Shown here one piece after another: positions 1 to 9,374 of a stretch of DNA of 64,000 nucleotides (within the stretch, counting starts at the first letter, position 1; every line of letters starts with the position of its first letter). The notes beneath the pieces are model-generated. The model saw nothing but the letters and a program-made list of their open reading frames with translations, was not told the DNA's origin and did not search any database. Both the position numbers and the translations under genes were made by a program. Origin of the DNA: Candidatus Saccharimonadota bacterium (GTDB taxonomy: Bacteria > Patescibacteriota > Saccharimonadia > Saccharimonadales > UBA4665); contig JABCZM010000002.1 in the NCBI GenBank assembly GCA_013289705.1, positions 14,848-78,847 on the forward strand, written 5' to 3'.

Positions 1-8
1 ATACTCCT

Positions 9-341
9 CTAGCGGTTGTCGCCAGCGCCTTTTTGGACGCCGCGCTTTTGGCGGTCTGCTAGTTTAGTTAGGTTCTTTTGCATGATATCGTCGAACGATA
101 AGCCCAAGCTGTCGGCCAGAATTGCGATGTACCAAACAACGTCACCAAGTTCTTTGCCAAGCTCTGTAATATCTTCGTCGGTTATGACGCCATCGCGGTA
201 AGCAACGATTTTTTTCCATTTTTCGATGACTTCGCCGGCCTCACCAGCAACGCCCATGGCCCAAATGGTTTTGTCCATCAGCGGATCTGGGTTACTGATG
301 GCGGTTTTGAGTGCCTGCTTTTGGTATTCGTCGAATGTCAT
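9..341 (-). CDS. MazG-like nucleoside-triphosphate pyrophosphohydrolase (small single-domain form)
   Basis: 110-aa ORF. Acidic helix motifs GVAGEAGEVIEKWKK and ELGDVVWYIAILA are typical of the MazG/NTP-PPase fold. Confidence 0.7.
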   Translation of the reverse strand: MTFDEYQKQALKTAISNPDPLMDKTIWAMGVAGEAGEVIEKWKKIVAYRDGVITDEDITELGKELGDVVWYIAILADSLGLSFDDIMQKNLTKLADRQKRGVQKGAGDNR

Positions 342-357
342 GCAATTCCCCCAATTA

Positions 358-912
358 TTATTGTTCGCTTATTTTTACAGCACCCTGGCGAATAACCTCA
401 ATTGCGTCGTCAACAATGCGGATAATGGTTGATGGTTTATTGCCCGATAAATCACCGCCATCAACATAAAAATCTACTCGACCGTCAAAGTACTGTTTGG
501 CTTTGGCTACCGTATGCGCAGGTTGTTTACCAGGGTGATTGGCACTGCTTGTTTGCAGTGGCCCCGTTTTTAGCAGCAATTCCTGCAATAGCGGATCGCT
601 GGGAATGCGAAACGCCTGGCGGCCAGTGCCTTGATTGAGATAGCTGACGCCATGTGGAATTTCGATACTAATTGCACCCGGCCAAAACTGCTCAACGGCT
701 TTAAGATAGCGCCTCTTTATGCCCAAATCCACCAACTGATCGATGTTAGCCGCAATAATCGTGCCCGGCTTGGATTCGCGCTGTTTCAGAGCGTACAGTC
801 GCTGCACCGCCCGCTCATCGGCAGCCCTGGCAACAATCCCGTAGACTGTATCGGTTGGGATCACACCTACGGCACGGGCAATTTGCAGTTTTTTTGCAGC
901 TTCTTCAAACAT
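358..912 (-). CDS. tsaC: L-threonylcarbamoyladenylate synthase, YrdC/TsaC/YwlC family
   Basis: 184 aa. N-terminal PTDTVYGIVA motif, KQRESKPGTIIAA and TSSANHPG motifs of the YrdC domain. Confidence 0.8.
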   Translation of the reverse strand: MFEEAAKKLQIARAVGVIPTDTVYGIVARAADERAVQRLYALKQRESKPGTIIAANIDQLVDLGIKRRYLKAVEQFWPGAISIEIPHGVSYLNQGTGRQAFRIPSDPLLQELLLKTGPLQTSSANHPGKQPAHTVAKAKQYFDGRVDFYVDGGDLSGNKPSTIIRIVDDAIEVIRQGAVKISEQ

Positions 913-948
913 GCACTTATTGTACAGTACTTAATTTATGCAGAGAGA

Positions 949-1377
949 TTATTTGGTCTGCATGTATGCAAAGACTGCTAGCGCAGCCAGACCAAGCACG
1001 ATAACAACAGTTGCAATAATAGCCACCGTCACGCCATTGCCTGGTTGGCTCTGGTTTTTCGCCAGCTGAGGCTTTGCGTCTTTGACGTTTTCTCGGTTGA
1101 TTTCTTCTTGGATCAATTTACCAGGAGAATTAGCGGCTGGTTTGGCTTGAGCTGGACGATCGACCGTCGACACTTCTTCTGGTTTCATGGCAGATTTTGG
1201 TTCGTTTGCAGGGTCAGCCAGTGGCTCCATGTCGGCACGTGGCGCCACCACGTCCATGACTGGTGCAACAAGCGGCGCAGCGAGGTTGGATACAGGTATA
1301 GTCGAAGTCGAAGTTGCAGTCGTTGGTTCTTCCATAATGCTTAAGATTATTCTAGCACAGCCAACGGATGGCAGCAC
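949..1377 (-). CDS. Pro/Ala-rich protein with a single C-terminal transmembrane helix, function unknown
   Basis: Low-complexity P/A/E-rich N-terminal part and hydrophobic VTVAIIATVVIVLGLAALAVFAY tail. The start codon is uncertain (internal M at 1335 is possible). Confidence 0.4.
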   Translation of the reverse strand: MLPSVGCARIILSIMEEPTTATSTSTIPVSNLAAPLVAPVMDVVAPRADMEPLADPANEPKSAMKPEEVSTVDRPAQAKPAANSPGKLIQEEINRENVKDAKPQLAKNQSQPGNGVTVAIIATVVIVLGLAALAVFAYMQTK

Positions 1378-1389
1378 TGCAAGTTGAGT

Positions 1390-2220
1390 TTAGCGTAGCC
1401 GATACATACCGCCTACTTGCACGATCATTTGCTCTTTTAGGAGATCATCAAGTACAGACTGGAGCCGCTCGTCTGCGATTTCATTGATGAGTTTTGATTC
1501 GGACAAAGATTGCTGGCTCAGCAGACGGATCACCTTGCCACGTATCTGCCGGCGTGAGCCAATAAACGACGACTGCTTCACATAGCTTTTGCTTAACTTG
1601 TTAAGGTTTCCATTGGCCTGTTTTAGGTACGTCCCGTAGTCCATGAGACTCCAAAACCAAATACGCGGATTCTGCATGTCTAGCGTTTGCGAAACGAGTT
1701 GTAAAATTTCGGTGTCTGGAATGTCTGTTTTGTCTTGGAAAAAATGATGAATATAGACCGTCCTGATGTTGGTTTCAATAAAAACAGCTGGCAGATTAAA
1801 CGCGTAGGCCGTAATTGCGGCTGCAGTGTTTTTGCCTACACCTGGTAACGTAACAAGTTTAGTAATCTCGCTTGGCAGATGGCCGCCATGTTCGGACACT
1901 ATAGCCTGCGCCGTCTGCCACAAAAATTTGGCGCGACGGTTGTAGCCAAGCCCACTCCACATAACCAAGACCTCACCCAGCGATGCGTTTGCAAGTGATT
2001 CGATCGATGGAAACGTTTTTAGGAATTCATGGTACTTTGGAATCACTCGGAGCACTTGCGTTTGTTGCAACATCAACTCACTGACGAGAATTTTGTAGGT
2101 GTCAAAGTGGCCATCCGGTTCAGGAATGCGCCAGGGTAAATCATGGCGGCCATATTCCTGATAATAGACCATAACCGTTTCTTGAAACCTTTTTATGTCA
2201 GCCAGTTTCAAGCCAGGCAC
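1390..2220 (-). CDS. mutY: MutY-like adenine DNA glycosylase (HhH-GPD), cysteine-free
   Basis: LPWR...YKILVSELMLQQTQV (catalytic Glu context), GLGYNRRAKFL, LPGVGKNTAAAI hairpin-helix-hairpin, SLMDYG (catalytic Asp context). The translation contains no Cys at all and there is no NUDIX-like C-terminal domain. Confidence 0.75.
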   Translation of the reverse strand: MPGLKLADIKRFQETVMVYYQEYGRHDLPWRIPEPDGHFDTYKILVSELMLQQTQVLRVIPKYHEFLKTFPSIESLANASLGEVLVMWSGLGYNRRAKFLWQTAQAIVSEHGGHLPSEITKLVTLPGVGKNTAAAITAYAFNLPAVFIETNIRTVYIHHFFQDKTDIPDTEILQLVSQTLDMQNPRIWFWSLMDYGTYLKQANGNLNKLSKSYVKQSSFIGSRRQIRGKVIRLLSQQSLSESKLINEIADERLQSVLDDLLKEQMIVQVGGMYRLR

Positions 2221-2269
2221 CCTCGAATTGCATTATTATGAAGCATGCTACTAGTATACTAAGTATATA

Positions 2270-3100
2270 ATGATTACTTCTATCGTACGGGATGTAAAAC
2301 GCTTTGCTGTGCTTATCCCAGGTATTGTTATCGCTTACTTTTCGGTACGTGATATTTTTCCACTGGTCGACAAACGCCTACCCCTTAGTCTGGCCGTCCT
2401 TGTAACATACGTACTGGGCGCATACGTACTCATACCAGCACTGATCCGTGTTATACGAATCGCCTTACCAGCGCGTCACCTGCAGGCGTACTGCGTTACT
2501 CCTGACGGCTTTGCATCAGACCCTGTTAACGTTGGTATTGTTGGCGAAAAAGACGCATTGATTCGTGCCATGCAAGCAGCAGGTTGGCACGTGGCCGACA
2601 AACACTCCGCAAAAAATGTTGTCCATGAAATTGCCAGCACATTGTTCAACCATGCCTACGTCAACGCACCGATGAGTAGCCTCTATTTGTTTGGGCGACA
2701 ACAAGACATTGGCTTCGAAATCCCCGTTGAGGGTGAACGCGGACATCGACACCATGTACGATTCTGGGCAACTACATATCAGCCCGGTGCCAAGTTTAAC
2801 TTCGGCACGTTTGAATGGCATAAGCAACCAGCACGAGCCACCAGCAAGCACACACTGTGGGTTGGCGCCGCATCTCAGGATGTTGGCTTTGCGCTTATAA
2901 AGCACAACGCCCAGATGACACATATGATTCACCCAGACACCAACGCCGAGCGACAACTGATTATTGATGGTCTGCGAGCAGCAAAACTCGTGGCCAGTAC
3001 TAAATCAATTCAGCTTAGAAAACCCTATCGACTGGTTAATCGTGCCTGGCGCGGCCAACTCCACAGCGACGGCAGGCTGTATATCGTGAAATTAAAATAG
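2270..3100 (+). CDS. membrane protein with LssY-like C-terminal domain
   Basis: Two N-terminal TM helices, then DPVNVGIVGEKDALIRAMQAAGWHVAD, which resembles the LssY_C family signature. This call is from memory of the family only. Confidence 0.45.
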   Translation: MITSIVRDVKRFAVLIPGIVIAYFSVRDIFPLVDKRLPLSLAVLVTYVLGAYVLIPALIRVIRIALPARHLQAYCVTPDGFASDPVNVGIVGEKDALIRAMQAAGWHVADKHSAKNVVHEIASTLFNHAYVNAPMSSLYLFGRQQDIGFEIPVEGERGHRHHVRFWATTYQPGAKFNFGTFEWHKQPARATSKHTLWVGAASQDVGFALIKHNAQMTHMIHPDTNAERQLIIDGLRAAKLVASTKSIQLRKPYRLVNRAWRGQLHSDGRLYIVKLK

Positions 3101-3110
3101 CAACCAGTAC

Positions 3111-4802
3111 TTATTGATAATTCCAGAGCGCTACGCCGTTGGCGTCTGTAACGTCGACTATTTTTTTGGTTTCACCAGAATTAACAGTTGCACCGTAGTC
3201 AGCAGTCTCGGTAGACGAGTCTACACGATATACAAGCATCGTATTGCTCAACCAACGAATTGGGTAGCTTAGGCCGTCTTGGGTTGCCAAGACTGTTTCT
3301 TTTTGTGATGACTTATCATAAAGCACTAGTGTGTCCTTGCCGGCTCGGCTATCAACGTAGACGCTCTGCTTGCCATCTGGACTATCAATATACAATCGGC
3401 CCATGCCGTTATAGGTATCACTACTGAGTGCTGGTTTGCCGGTACCAAGCTTGCCAAGCTTGTATGTGTAGCGATTGGTAGGGCCAACCAGTAGCAGATC
3501 ACCATAGTCGATACGAAATACACTGAGCACTTCACTAGTCAGTAAAACTTGTCTGCCTGCACCGTCGGGGTTAATTTTTATGAACTGCCCGGTACTGCCG
3601 CCAACGGCATAGTAGATTGCACCGCTTGCACTAAACACGTCGTTAAGATAATTTGCATGATCGAGCACAATGCTTTGCTTGGTTTTGTAGTTGTATGATA
3701 TGAGCCGGTAACGGGACGAATCCGTTGTAGAGGTGCTTGACTTGATGGTAGCGTAGACCAAACGATCCCCAAACCAGTCGATGATTTTAAACTGGCTAGC
3801 GTAATCAACAACAGTTGTCGCACCGGTCTTTACCGTTATAAGTGTGAGCGTTTGCAGCGAAGCACCACTGGAATCTTTCTGGCTATCGCGCACCGAAACA
3901 AGCGCTGCTGCATCACCGGAACCATTTGGCACAAGTGTTAGCTGGTTCGTTTCATAACCCGTGCCGGGCAGTAGTAATTGCGAATTTTGACCATCGGCGT
4001 CGGCTTTGTAGACGTTATAGATGCCCGCTTGCTTGGAAACATACAGCTCTTGGGCACTTACAGCTGGCTGCGTTAGGGCTGGATTTGCCTCGGCTGCAAC
4101 CGTTTTTGTCGGTGGCACCGTCTTATGTGACAAATGATCACGGACAAAATTAACACCTTTTGTACGAAGCGTTGGTTGGACAACCGGTATCGCAAGCAGC
4201 ACGATAATCACCAAACCCATAAAAAGCCGGCGACTTGTAATAAGAGAACGAACTGGCTTGGCGTCCGATGCTTCGGTAATAGCCAGATCTTCGACGCCAG
4301 CAGACTCGTCAGCCACTCCAGCCAAGTTATCACCAGAGAGTGGCAATTTTTTGACTGGTGTAAGCGGCTCGGCACGTTTGAATGGCATAGGGCCATCGGG
4401 TGGACGATATCGTGGTGCTGCTTTGGGTACTTCTGGCGCCGTCTTTCTAACGGGTACTGTTGTGCTTTTTTCGGACGTTGCAACAATCGGCTCTGGATGT
4501 TCGATTGGTGGCGGAGGCGTCGCTTCCGGTTCTGCATCTGCTTGCTGCTCAGTAATCTTGATACTAACTTTTTTGGCATTCTTTTTAGGTAATGGCGGGG
4601 CAGATTTGGGTTTTTCGACTAGCTCTATCGCTTCAGCAACAGGTGCATCTTCGGCCTTTGGTTTGACAACAACTTGCTGCGACTCATCCGGCTGATTCAC
4701 ATCAAGCATTTTATCGATCCTAACCTCGATTTTATGCTCTTCTTCGGGCGTTAAGGACTCATCGGCAGCATCACCCAACACCGTAATTTTTTTACTCGCC
4801 AT
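3111..4802 (-). CDS. single-pass membrane-anchored surface protein with TolB-like beta-propeller ectodomain
   Basis: 563 aa. K/E/P-rich cytoplasmic N-terminus, TM helix LFMGLVIIVLLAIPVV, then repeated propeller-like blades of the type 'GIYNVYKADADGQNSQLLLPGTG'. Confidence 0.5.
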   Translation of the reverse strand: MASKKITVLGDAADESLTPEEEHKIEVRIDKMLDVNQPDESQQVVVKPKAEDAPVAEAIELVEKPKSAPPLPKKNAKKVSIKITEQQADAEPEATPPPPIEHPEPIVATSEKSTTVPVRKTAPEVPKAAPRYRPPDGPMPFKRAEPLTPVKKLPLSGDNLAGVADESAGVEDLAITEASDAKPVRSLITSRRLFMGLVIIVLLAIPVVQPTLRTKGVNFVRDHLSHKTVPPTKTVAAEANPALTQPAVSAQELYVSKQAGIYNVYKADADGQNSQLLLPGTGYETNQLTLVPNGSGDAAALVSVRDSQKDSSGASLQTLTLITVKTGATTVVDYASQFKIIDWFGDRLVYATIKSSTSTTDSSRYRLISYNYKTKQSIVLDHANYLNDVFSASGAIYYAVGGSTGQFIKINPDGAGRQVLLTSEVLSVFRIDYGDLLLVGPTNRYTYKLGKLGTGKPALSSDTYNGMGRLYIDSPDGKQSVYVDSRAGKDTLVLYDKSSQKETVLATQDGLSYPIRWLSNTMLVYRVDSSTETADYGATVNSGETKKIVDVTDANGVALWNYQ

Positions 4803-4877
4803 ACTTCTTATCCTTAATCAAATCATACCAGAAAAAGAGGTTATAGCCCAGAAATGCACGGCCGCCAACTTCGTTGA

Positions 4878-6728
4878 CTAGTTGCCGCCGTAGCCGCCGC
4901 CATATCCGCGGTACGTCAGCTGCGGTTTATAGTAATCAGTAACCTTAATAGCTTTTCCGCTGCCATCCGCCGGCATAATAAACAACTCACTCCCATTCTT
5001 AGAAACTAAGACGTAATTATCGGTGTACCAGCCGTACGGTGTGTCATCACTCAGTGAAGCAATTTGCTTTTGATTATTGGCGTCAGCGTCCCCAATAAAG
5101 AGTGCATTTTTGTTATCACGAACATCACTCCAGAAGGTTTGCTTGTCGGAAGGCGAAACTAGGAAGGTCGGATACAGTTTGTTGAACGTATCAGCAGTGA
5201 CGGTTGTTTGTTGTGTCAATTTTGCATCTTGGTATTCATAGTAGGTATTTGGCGCATCGCTGGTTGCACCTGGCACGCTCACGTACACAGCGTGCGGTTC
5301 GTATGGAGCCAGCGCGACACTATAGTATTGACTGCCAGCCGGAATTGGAAAATCTTGGATGGATTTTTTATTGCTGCCATCTGGCTGAACACTCATCAGG
5401 CTAGCACTTTTGCCGTCCAAATGGTTTGGAAACTGGCCGGAATACCAGTTTTTTACATAGACAAGCTCATTGTCTAATATGTACACGCTGCTAAAACTGG
5501 TCGAGCCATAGTCAGACGCGCTAGTCCCCTCGCCTTGTGTTTGATCAATGTTAAAGAGCTTACCGCTTGGGGCGTCGTAGCTTTTAAGCACCAGGCCGCC
5601 CGACTGCCAGCTGTTGATGTCGCTGTGCGAAACCTCGTAGACGAACGTGTCGTTACTCCAGCCAACCAGAGTGAAGCTAGCCGTAGCGCTACCACTGTCG
5701 ATATTTGTAACAGTATCGTCACTGGTATTAATCAGGTAGATGCCCGGCTGGCCGTTATCCCGTTTTGCGAGCAGTGCCAGATACTTCCAGTCACGTGAAG
5801 CCAGAAGTGACGTACTTGCCGGGTCTTCGTTACCCGTACCGGCAAGCACCGTTTGACGATTTGTGCCGTCTAGATTGGTCTTGATAACATCAATCTTGCC
5901 GCTTAAATTAGACAGGAAGTACAGCTTGCCAACAGGGGTTAATGTAAACTTGTTATCTGTCACCACCTGATCGGTAACCGTAATTGTTGCAGAGGCCGCA
6001 TTATAGCCAGCAAGCTGCAAGTTCGCTTTCTGAGTGGTGGCGGTGGTTGGCAATACAATAATTGCCTTGCCGTCTTTGTCGGTCTTGGTATCTGTACCCA
6101 ATACGGCGATGGCCACGTTTGGTAAGCCTTTGCCTGTTATCTTATCGGCAATCGTTACGGGAACTTGTCGGCCGGTTGCTACCAGATGAATTTGCAGTAG
6201 GTTGTTTGAACCTATCAACGAGACCATAACTTTGCTCGTGGTTGCCTTGTAGTATTTTTTCGAGACGGCAAGTTTTTGCGGGCCAACTGGCACTCGAAGT
6301 GTGGCCGTTCCAGCCGCATTAGTGATCGCGGTTTTGTCGGCGAGCACCAGGGTGACACCACTGATTGGCTTGCTGGTGGTTTTGTCGACAACATTGATAC
6401 TAAAACTCTGTTTCAAAAATAATCCGAGCACCTTATATCGGCTAGCCGGCACACCCAACACCACTGCAATAATAACTAAAAGTGTCAGTGGCAATGTCCA
6501 TTTTTTCTTTCTCCAGTAGCCCCGAAAGACATTTTTGATATGGCCAAACTTTTCCTTGTTAGCCTCTTCTGCAACCTTGGCGTTTTCTTCCCAGGCTTTT
6601 GTATCGACTTTACTTTTAGCTTCAGACGGCTCGGTGCTTTCTTGTGCACTTTCTTGCTCGGCTTTTACCACCTCCGGCTCTGCATCGGTTAGTTTTTTAT
6701 CTTCTTCGGCGTCTTTGGTGTCTGCCAT
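4878..6728 (-). CDS. single-pass membrane-anchored surface protein with CarboxypepD_reg-like domains and TolB-like beta-propeller
   Basis: 616 aa. Acidic N-terminus and TM helix LPLTLLVIIAVVLGV. Two Ig-like segments (VVDKTTSKPISGVTLVLADKTAITNAAGTATL; IADKITGKGLPNVAIAVLGTDTKTDKDGKAII). Propeller-like blades follow (KTNLDGTNRQTVL, GIYLINTSDD). Same architecture as the neighbouring 3111-4802 gene. Confidence 0.5.
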   Translation of the reverse strand: MADTKDAEEDKKLTDAEPEVVKAEQESAQESTEPSEAKSKVDTKAWEENAKVAEEANKEKFGHIKNVFRGYWRKKKWTLPLTLLVIIAVVLGVPASRYKVLGLFLKQSFSINVVDKTTSKPISGVTLVLADKTAITNAAGTATLRVPVGPQKLAVSKKYYKATTSKVMVSLIGSNNLLQIHLVATGRQVPVTIADKITGKGLPNVAIAVLGTDTKTDKDGKAIIVLPTTATTQKANLQLAGYNAASATITVTDQVVTDNKFTLTPVGKLYFLSNLSGKIDVIKTNLDGTNRQTVLAGTGNEDPASTSLLASRDWKYLALLAKRDNGQPGIYLINTSDDTVTNIDSGSATASFTLVGWSNDTFVYEVSHSDINSWQSGGLVLKSYDAPSGKLFNIDQTQGEGTSASDYGSTSFSSVYILDNELVYVKNWYSGQFPNHLDGKSASLMSVQPDGSNKKSIQDFPIPAGSQYYSVALAPYEPHAVYVSVPGATSDAPNTYYEYQDAKLTQQTTVTADTFNKLYPTFLVSPSDKQTFWSDVRDNKNALFIGDADANNQKQIASLSDDTPYGWYTDNYVLVSKNGSELFIMPADGSGKAIKVTDYYKPQLTYRGYGGGYGGN

Positions 6729-6829
6729 GGTGTAAGATTACCTATCCCCGTCTCTTAATATAAGCTTAAGAGAATTGTAACAAAAATAATCTCAGAAAAA
6801 TACACCTGAACTGATGAACTGGGGCCGCG

Positions 6830-6835
6830 TATAAT
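6830..6835 (+). promoter_or_regulatory. candidate -10 box (TATAAT) 7 nt upstream of the ATG, suggesting a leaderless mRNA
   Basis: TATAAT at 6830-6835 and ATG at 6843, with no Shine-Dalgarno sequence in between. Confidence 0.3.
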
Positions 6836-6842
6836 CTAGAGC

Positions 6843-7481
6843 ATGAGTTTGATTGCCAGCCCAAAAGAATTAGAAAAAGCCGCTCGTCACCTGGCCGAAG
6901 TTGATGGCATCTTGGCACCTATAATTGCTGAACGTGGGTTGTGTACCATTGCTCCAAACAAGAATTACTACCAGGAATTGGTAGATAGTATCATTAGCCA
7001 ACAACTCAGCGTGCATGCAGCGCGAGCAATCGAAGGCAGATTTCGTAACTTCTTTGGCGGTCACTTCCCGACTGCCAAAGAAATACTAACTACTAACGTT
7101 GAAACGTTGCGTGGGCTGGGGTTTTCCAGAGCAAAAGGTGCCTATGTGCTAGATCTGGCACAGCATATTGTCGACGGCAAAGTGAAATTTGACCATCTGG
7201 ATGCGCTTTCCAACGAGGCAATTATCAAGGAACTGGTAGCCGTCAAAGGCATCGGCGAATGGACCGTGCACATGTTTCTGATGTTCTGCATGGGGCGATT
7301 GGACGTCCTGCCAGTTGGTGATTTGGGCATCCGCAACGGCGTCCGCAAGCTCTACAACTTCAAAGACGTACCCACGCCGCAGCAAGTTACCGAAATTGCT
7401 CAAAAATATAATTGGCAGCCTTATGAAAGTGTGGCCAGCTGGTATATTTGGCAGTCGCTCGACAACACGCCAGCGCTCTAA
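6843..7481 (+). CDS. DNA-3-methyladenine glycosylase II family (AlkA-like, HhH-GPD)
   Basis: 212 aa. IISQQLSVHAARAI, VKGIGEWTVHMFLMF, VLPVGDLGIRNG (catalytic Asp context). Confidence 0.8.
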   Translation: MSLIASPKELEKAARHLAEVDGILAPIIAERGLCTIAPNKNYYQELVDSIISQQLSVHAARAIEGRFRNFFGGHFPTAKEILTTNVETLRGLGFSRAKGAYVLDLAQHIVDGKVKFDHLDALSNEAIIKELVAVKGIGEWTVHMFLMFCMGRLDVLPVGDLGIRNGVRKLYNFKDVPTPQQVTEIAQKYNWQPYESVASWYIWQSLDNTPAL

Positions 7482-7487
7482 GATAAA

Positions 7488-8285
7488 TTAGTCGATAACC
7501 AACGACTTCAGCATTGTCAAAAGTGGCGTGGAAAGACTCGTATCAGACCAGCTTGAAACCGGAATACTTATGGCAGTCCCGGCGGTTGTGCAGGTAGACT
7601 CGCTACATTTCAGAAAGCTCACATTTACTAACGGATCGGCCTTAACAACGTCACTTTGTGGTATGTATTGCCCTGCCTGATAGCCGTTATCGCCAGCAAG
7701 GTACAGTGCGTCTATACTTGTTGTGTCTCCCTTATAATTAACAAAACTAACGTAAGTTTCAGCCCGCTGATTGGGTGTTGGCTGCTTATAGCTAATCTTC
7801 TGCGACGCGATTGCAGCAACAGCAGTGTTAGCAGCGAACTGGGCGATGGTGGTTTGAGCCGCCTGAATTGTAAACACAATTTGGCCCGTCACAACTTGCT
7901 CAGTTGCATCTTTGAGCTGTAGCGGCGGCGATACAACCGTCAGCTTATCGGCATTATCAGTTAACTTCCAATCTTTGGGATAGTCAAAACCCAGGCTGTA
8001 ATTAGTTGAATCGTAATGCTTGATAGCTGCGCTAATCTTGGTTACAGAACTGGGCTGCAAATTAGCTGGTTTTTCTTGAGCAGGAACAGGCTTTTTGGAG
8101 CCACTATGGGCAACAAGCATAAACACGCCGACCAAAATCGCCGCGAGCACAATCACGGCAAGCACCAGCTTCAACAAGCCACCGACAATACGCTTTGGAT
8201 TAACGGGAGGTAAGTAATTCCCCTTATCCGCTATATTGATCGGGGCCGAAGTAGTATCGTGCTGATTGCCAGGCAAATCATCCAT
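7488..8285 (-). CDS. single-pass membrane-anchored exported protein, function unknown
   Basis: 265 aa. N-terminal TM helix LLKLVLAVIVLAAILVGVFMLV followed by a soluble domain. No recognisable motif. Confidence 0.45.
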   Translation of the reverse strand: MDDLPGNQHDTTSAPINIADKGNYLPPVNPKRIVGGLLKLVLAVIVLAAILVGVFMLVAHSGSKKPVPAQEKPANLQPSSVTKISAAIKHYDSTNYSLGFDYPKDWKLTDNADKLTVVSPPLQLKDATEQVVTGQIVFTIQAAQTTIAQFAANTAVAAIASQKISYKQPTPNQRAETYVSFVNYKGDTTSIDALYLAGDNGYQAGQYIPQSDVVKADPLVNVSFLKCSESTCTTAGTAISIPVSSWSDTSLSTPLLTMLKSLVID

Positions 8286-8414
8286 ACCTCAAGTATACGC
8301 CGGTCTATTATTGTTGCACCTGAACAATCCGAAAATCCCTCATGTCAGCAAAATCACCACAAGTCCATCCGTCTTCAACGACCAGCTCGTCCCCAACATC
8401 GCGGATGTTATCCG

Positions 8415-9365
8415 CTAAGCAAGCATCTTTTTTATAATGGTGGCGACTTCTTGTGCGCATCCCCAAGACATCGTGTAACCCGCACCACCGTGACCATAAT
8501 TATGAACAATACTCTTTCCCTCAACCGTCTCGAACTCAAGGCGAACTTCGTCCCTTGTTGGCCGTAAGCCAACCTTAACTTTAAGCTGTTCAACCTCGCT
8601 AAACACCGGCGAAAGTCGTTTTGCTTTTCGTAATATTTCTTCTGTATCGTTCAGGTCAGGATCCAGACTCCAATTGTTAGCTTGGGCAGTTCCTCCGAGA
8701 ATAATGTCATCGTACCGAGGAATTATATAGGTTAGGCCATTATGTGCTTCGTCATCAGCAACAGCGTTTTTAAAGTCTCTCTTTTTGATGCTAATAACCT
8801 GGCCTCGTGTAGGATAAAGTCGGTTATCGTTACACAATTCACGCGCGCCCAATCCTGTACAATTTACAATTACGCGAAATGTTTCTGGTACTTCTTTGAA
8901 ACTTCCGATTTCCCGTTGTTCTATCCGAATACTACGCTCTGCTAATTGGAATTGTAACCATGGTAGATACCTAGACGTATCCATTAGAACAAGGTCTGCA
9001 TAGTATCCGTCCACATATCCATCTGGTAATTCAGTCTTATCAACACGCCCGAACGTCTCGACAGCCGGGCGCCACCATGGATCATCTTTTGGCTCATCAA
9101 AGTATTCAGTGAGCCTAACTGGCCGGACTCCGCTATCTAGATCTGATTTAACTGTATTTTCAAGGTACTCGCGGGTATATTTGCTCCAAACCAATACCTT
9201 GTCCCGAGGATTACATAGATAGGGCTCCCAAATGGCGGCCGCGGCAGCTGAATTCGTTTGCAGCGGTAGTTCTTTAGCCCAGATAGAGATATCATGCCCT
9301 TCACGCGCCAATACGAGGGCAGTTGTTAAACCTGATACTCCTGCGCCAATGACTAAAATTTTCAT
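8415..9365 (-). CDS. D-amino-acid oxidase-like FAD-dependent oxidoreductase
   Basis: MKILVIGAGVSGLTTAL dinucleotide-binding motif, SAAAAAIWEPY, and C-terminal VHNYGHGGAGYTMSWGCA, which is typical of DAAO. Confidence 0.7.
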   Translation of the reverse strand: MKILVIGAGVSGLTTALVLAREGHDISIWAKELPLQTNSAAAAAIWEPYLCNPRDKVLVWSKYTREYLENTVKSDLDSGVRPVRLTEYFDEPKDDPWWRPAVETFGRVDKTELPDGYVDGYYADLVLMDTSRYLPWLQFQLAERSIRIEQREIGSFKEVPETFRVIVNCTGLGARELCNDNRLYPTRGQVISIKKRDFKNAVADDEAHNGLTYIIPRYDDIILGGTAQANNWSLDPDLNDTEEILRKAKRLSPVFSEVEQLKVKVGLRPTRDEVRLEFETVEGKSIVHNYGHGGAGYTMSWGCAQEVATIIKKMLA

Positions 9366-9374
9366 TTTAACAAT

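Noticed and set aside
4134-4695. Plus-strand ORFs (152 and 145 aa) antisense to 3111-4802
   Set aside because: They overlap each other and the low-complexity Pro/Lys-rich part of the minus-strand gene. Compositional bias there suppresses stop codons in several frames.
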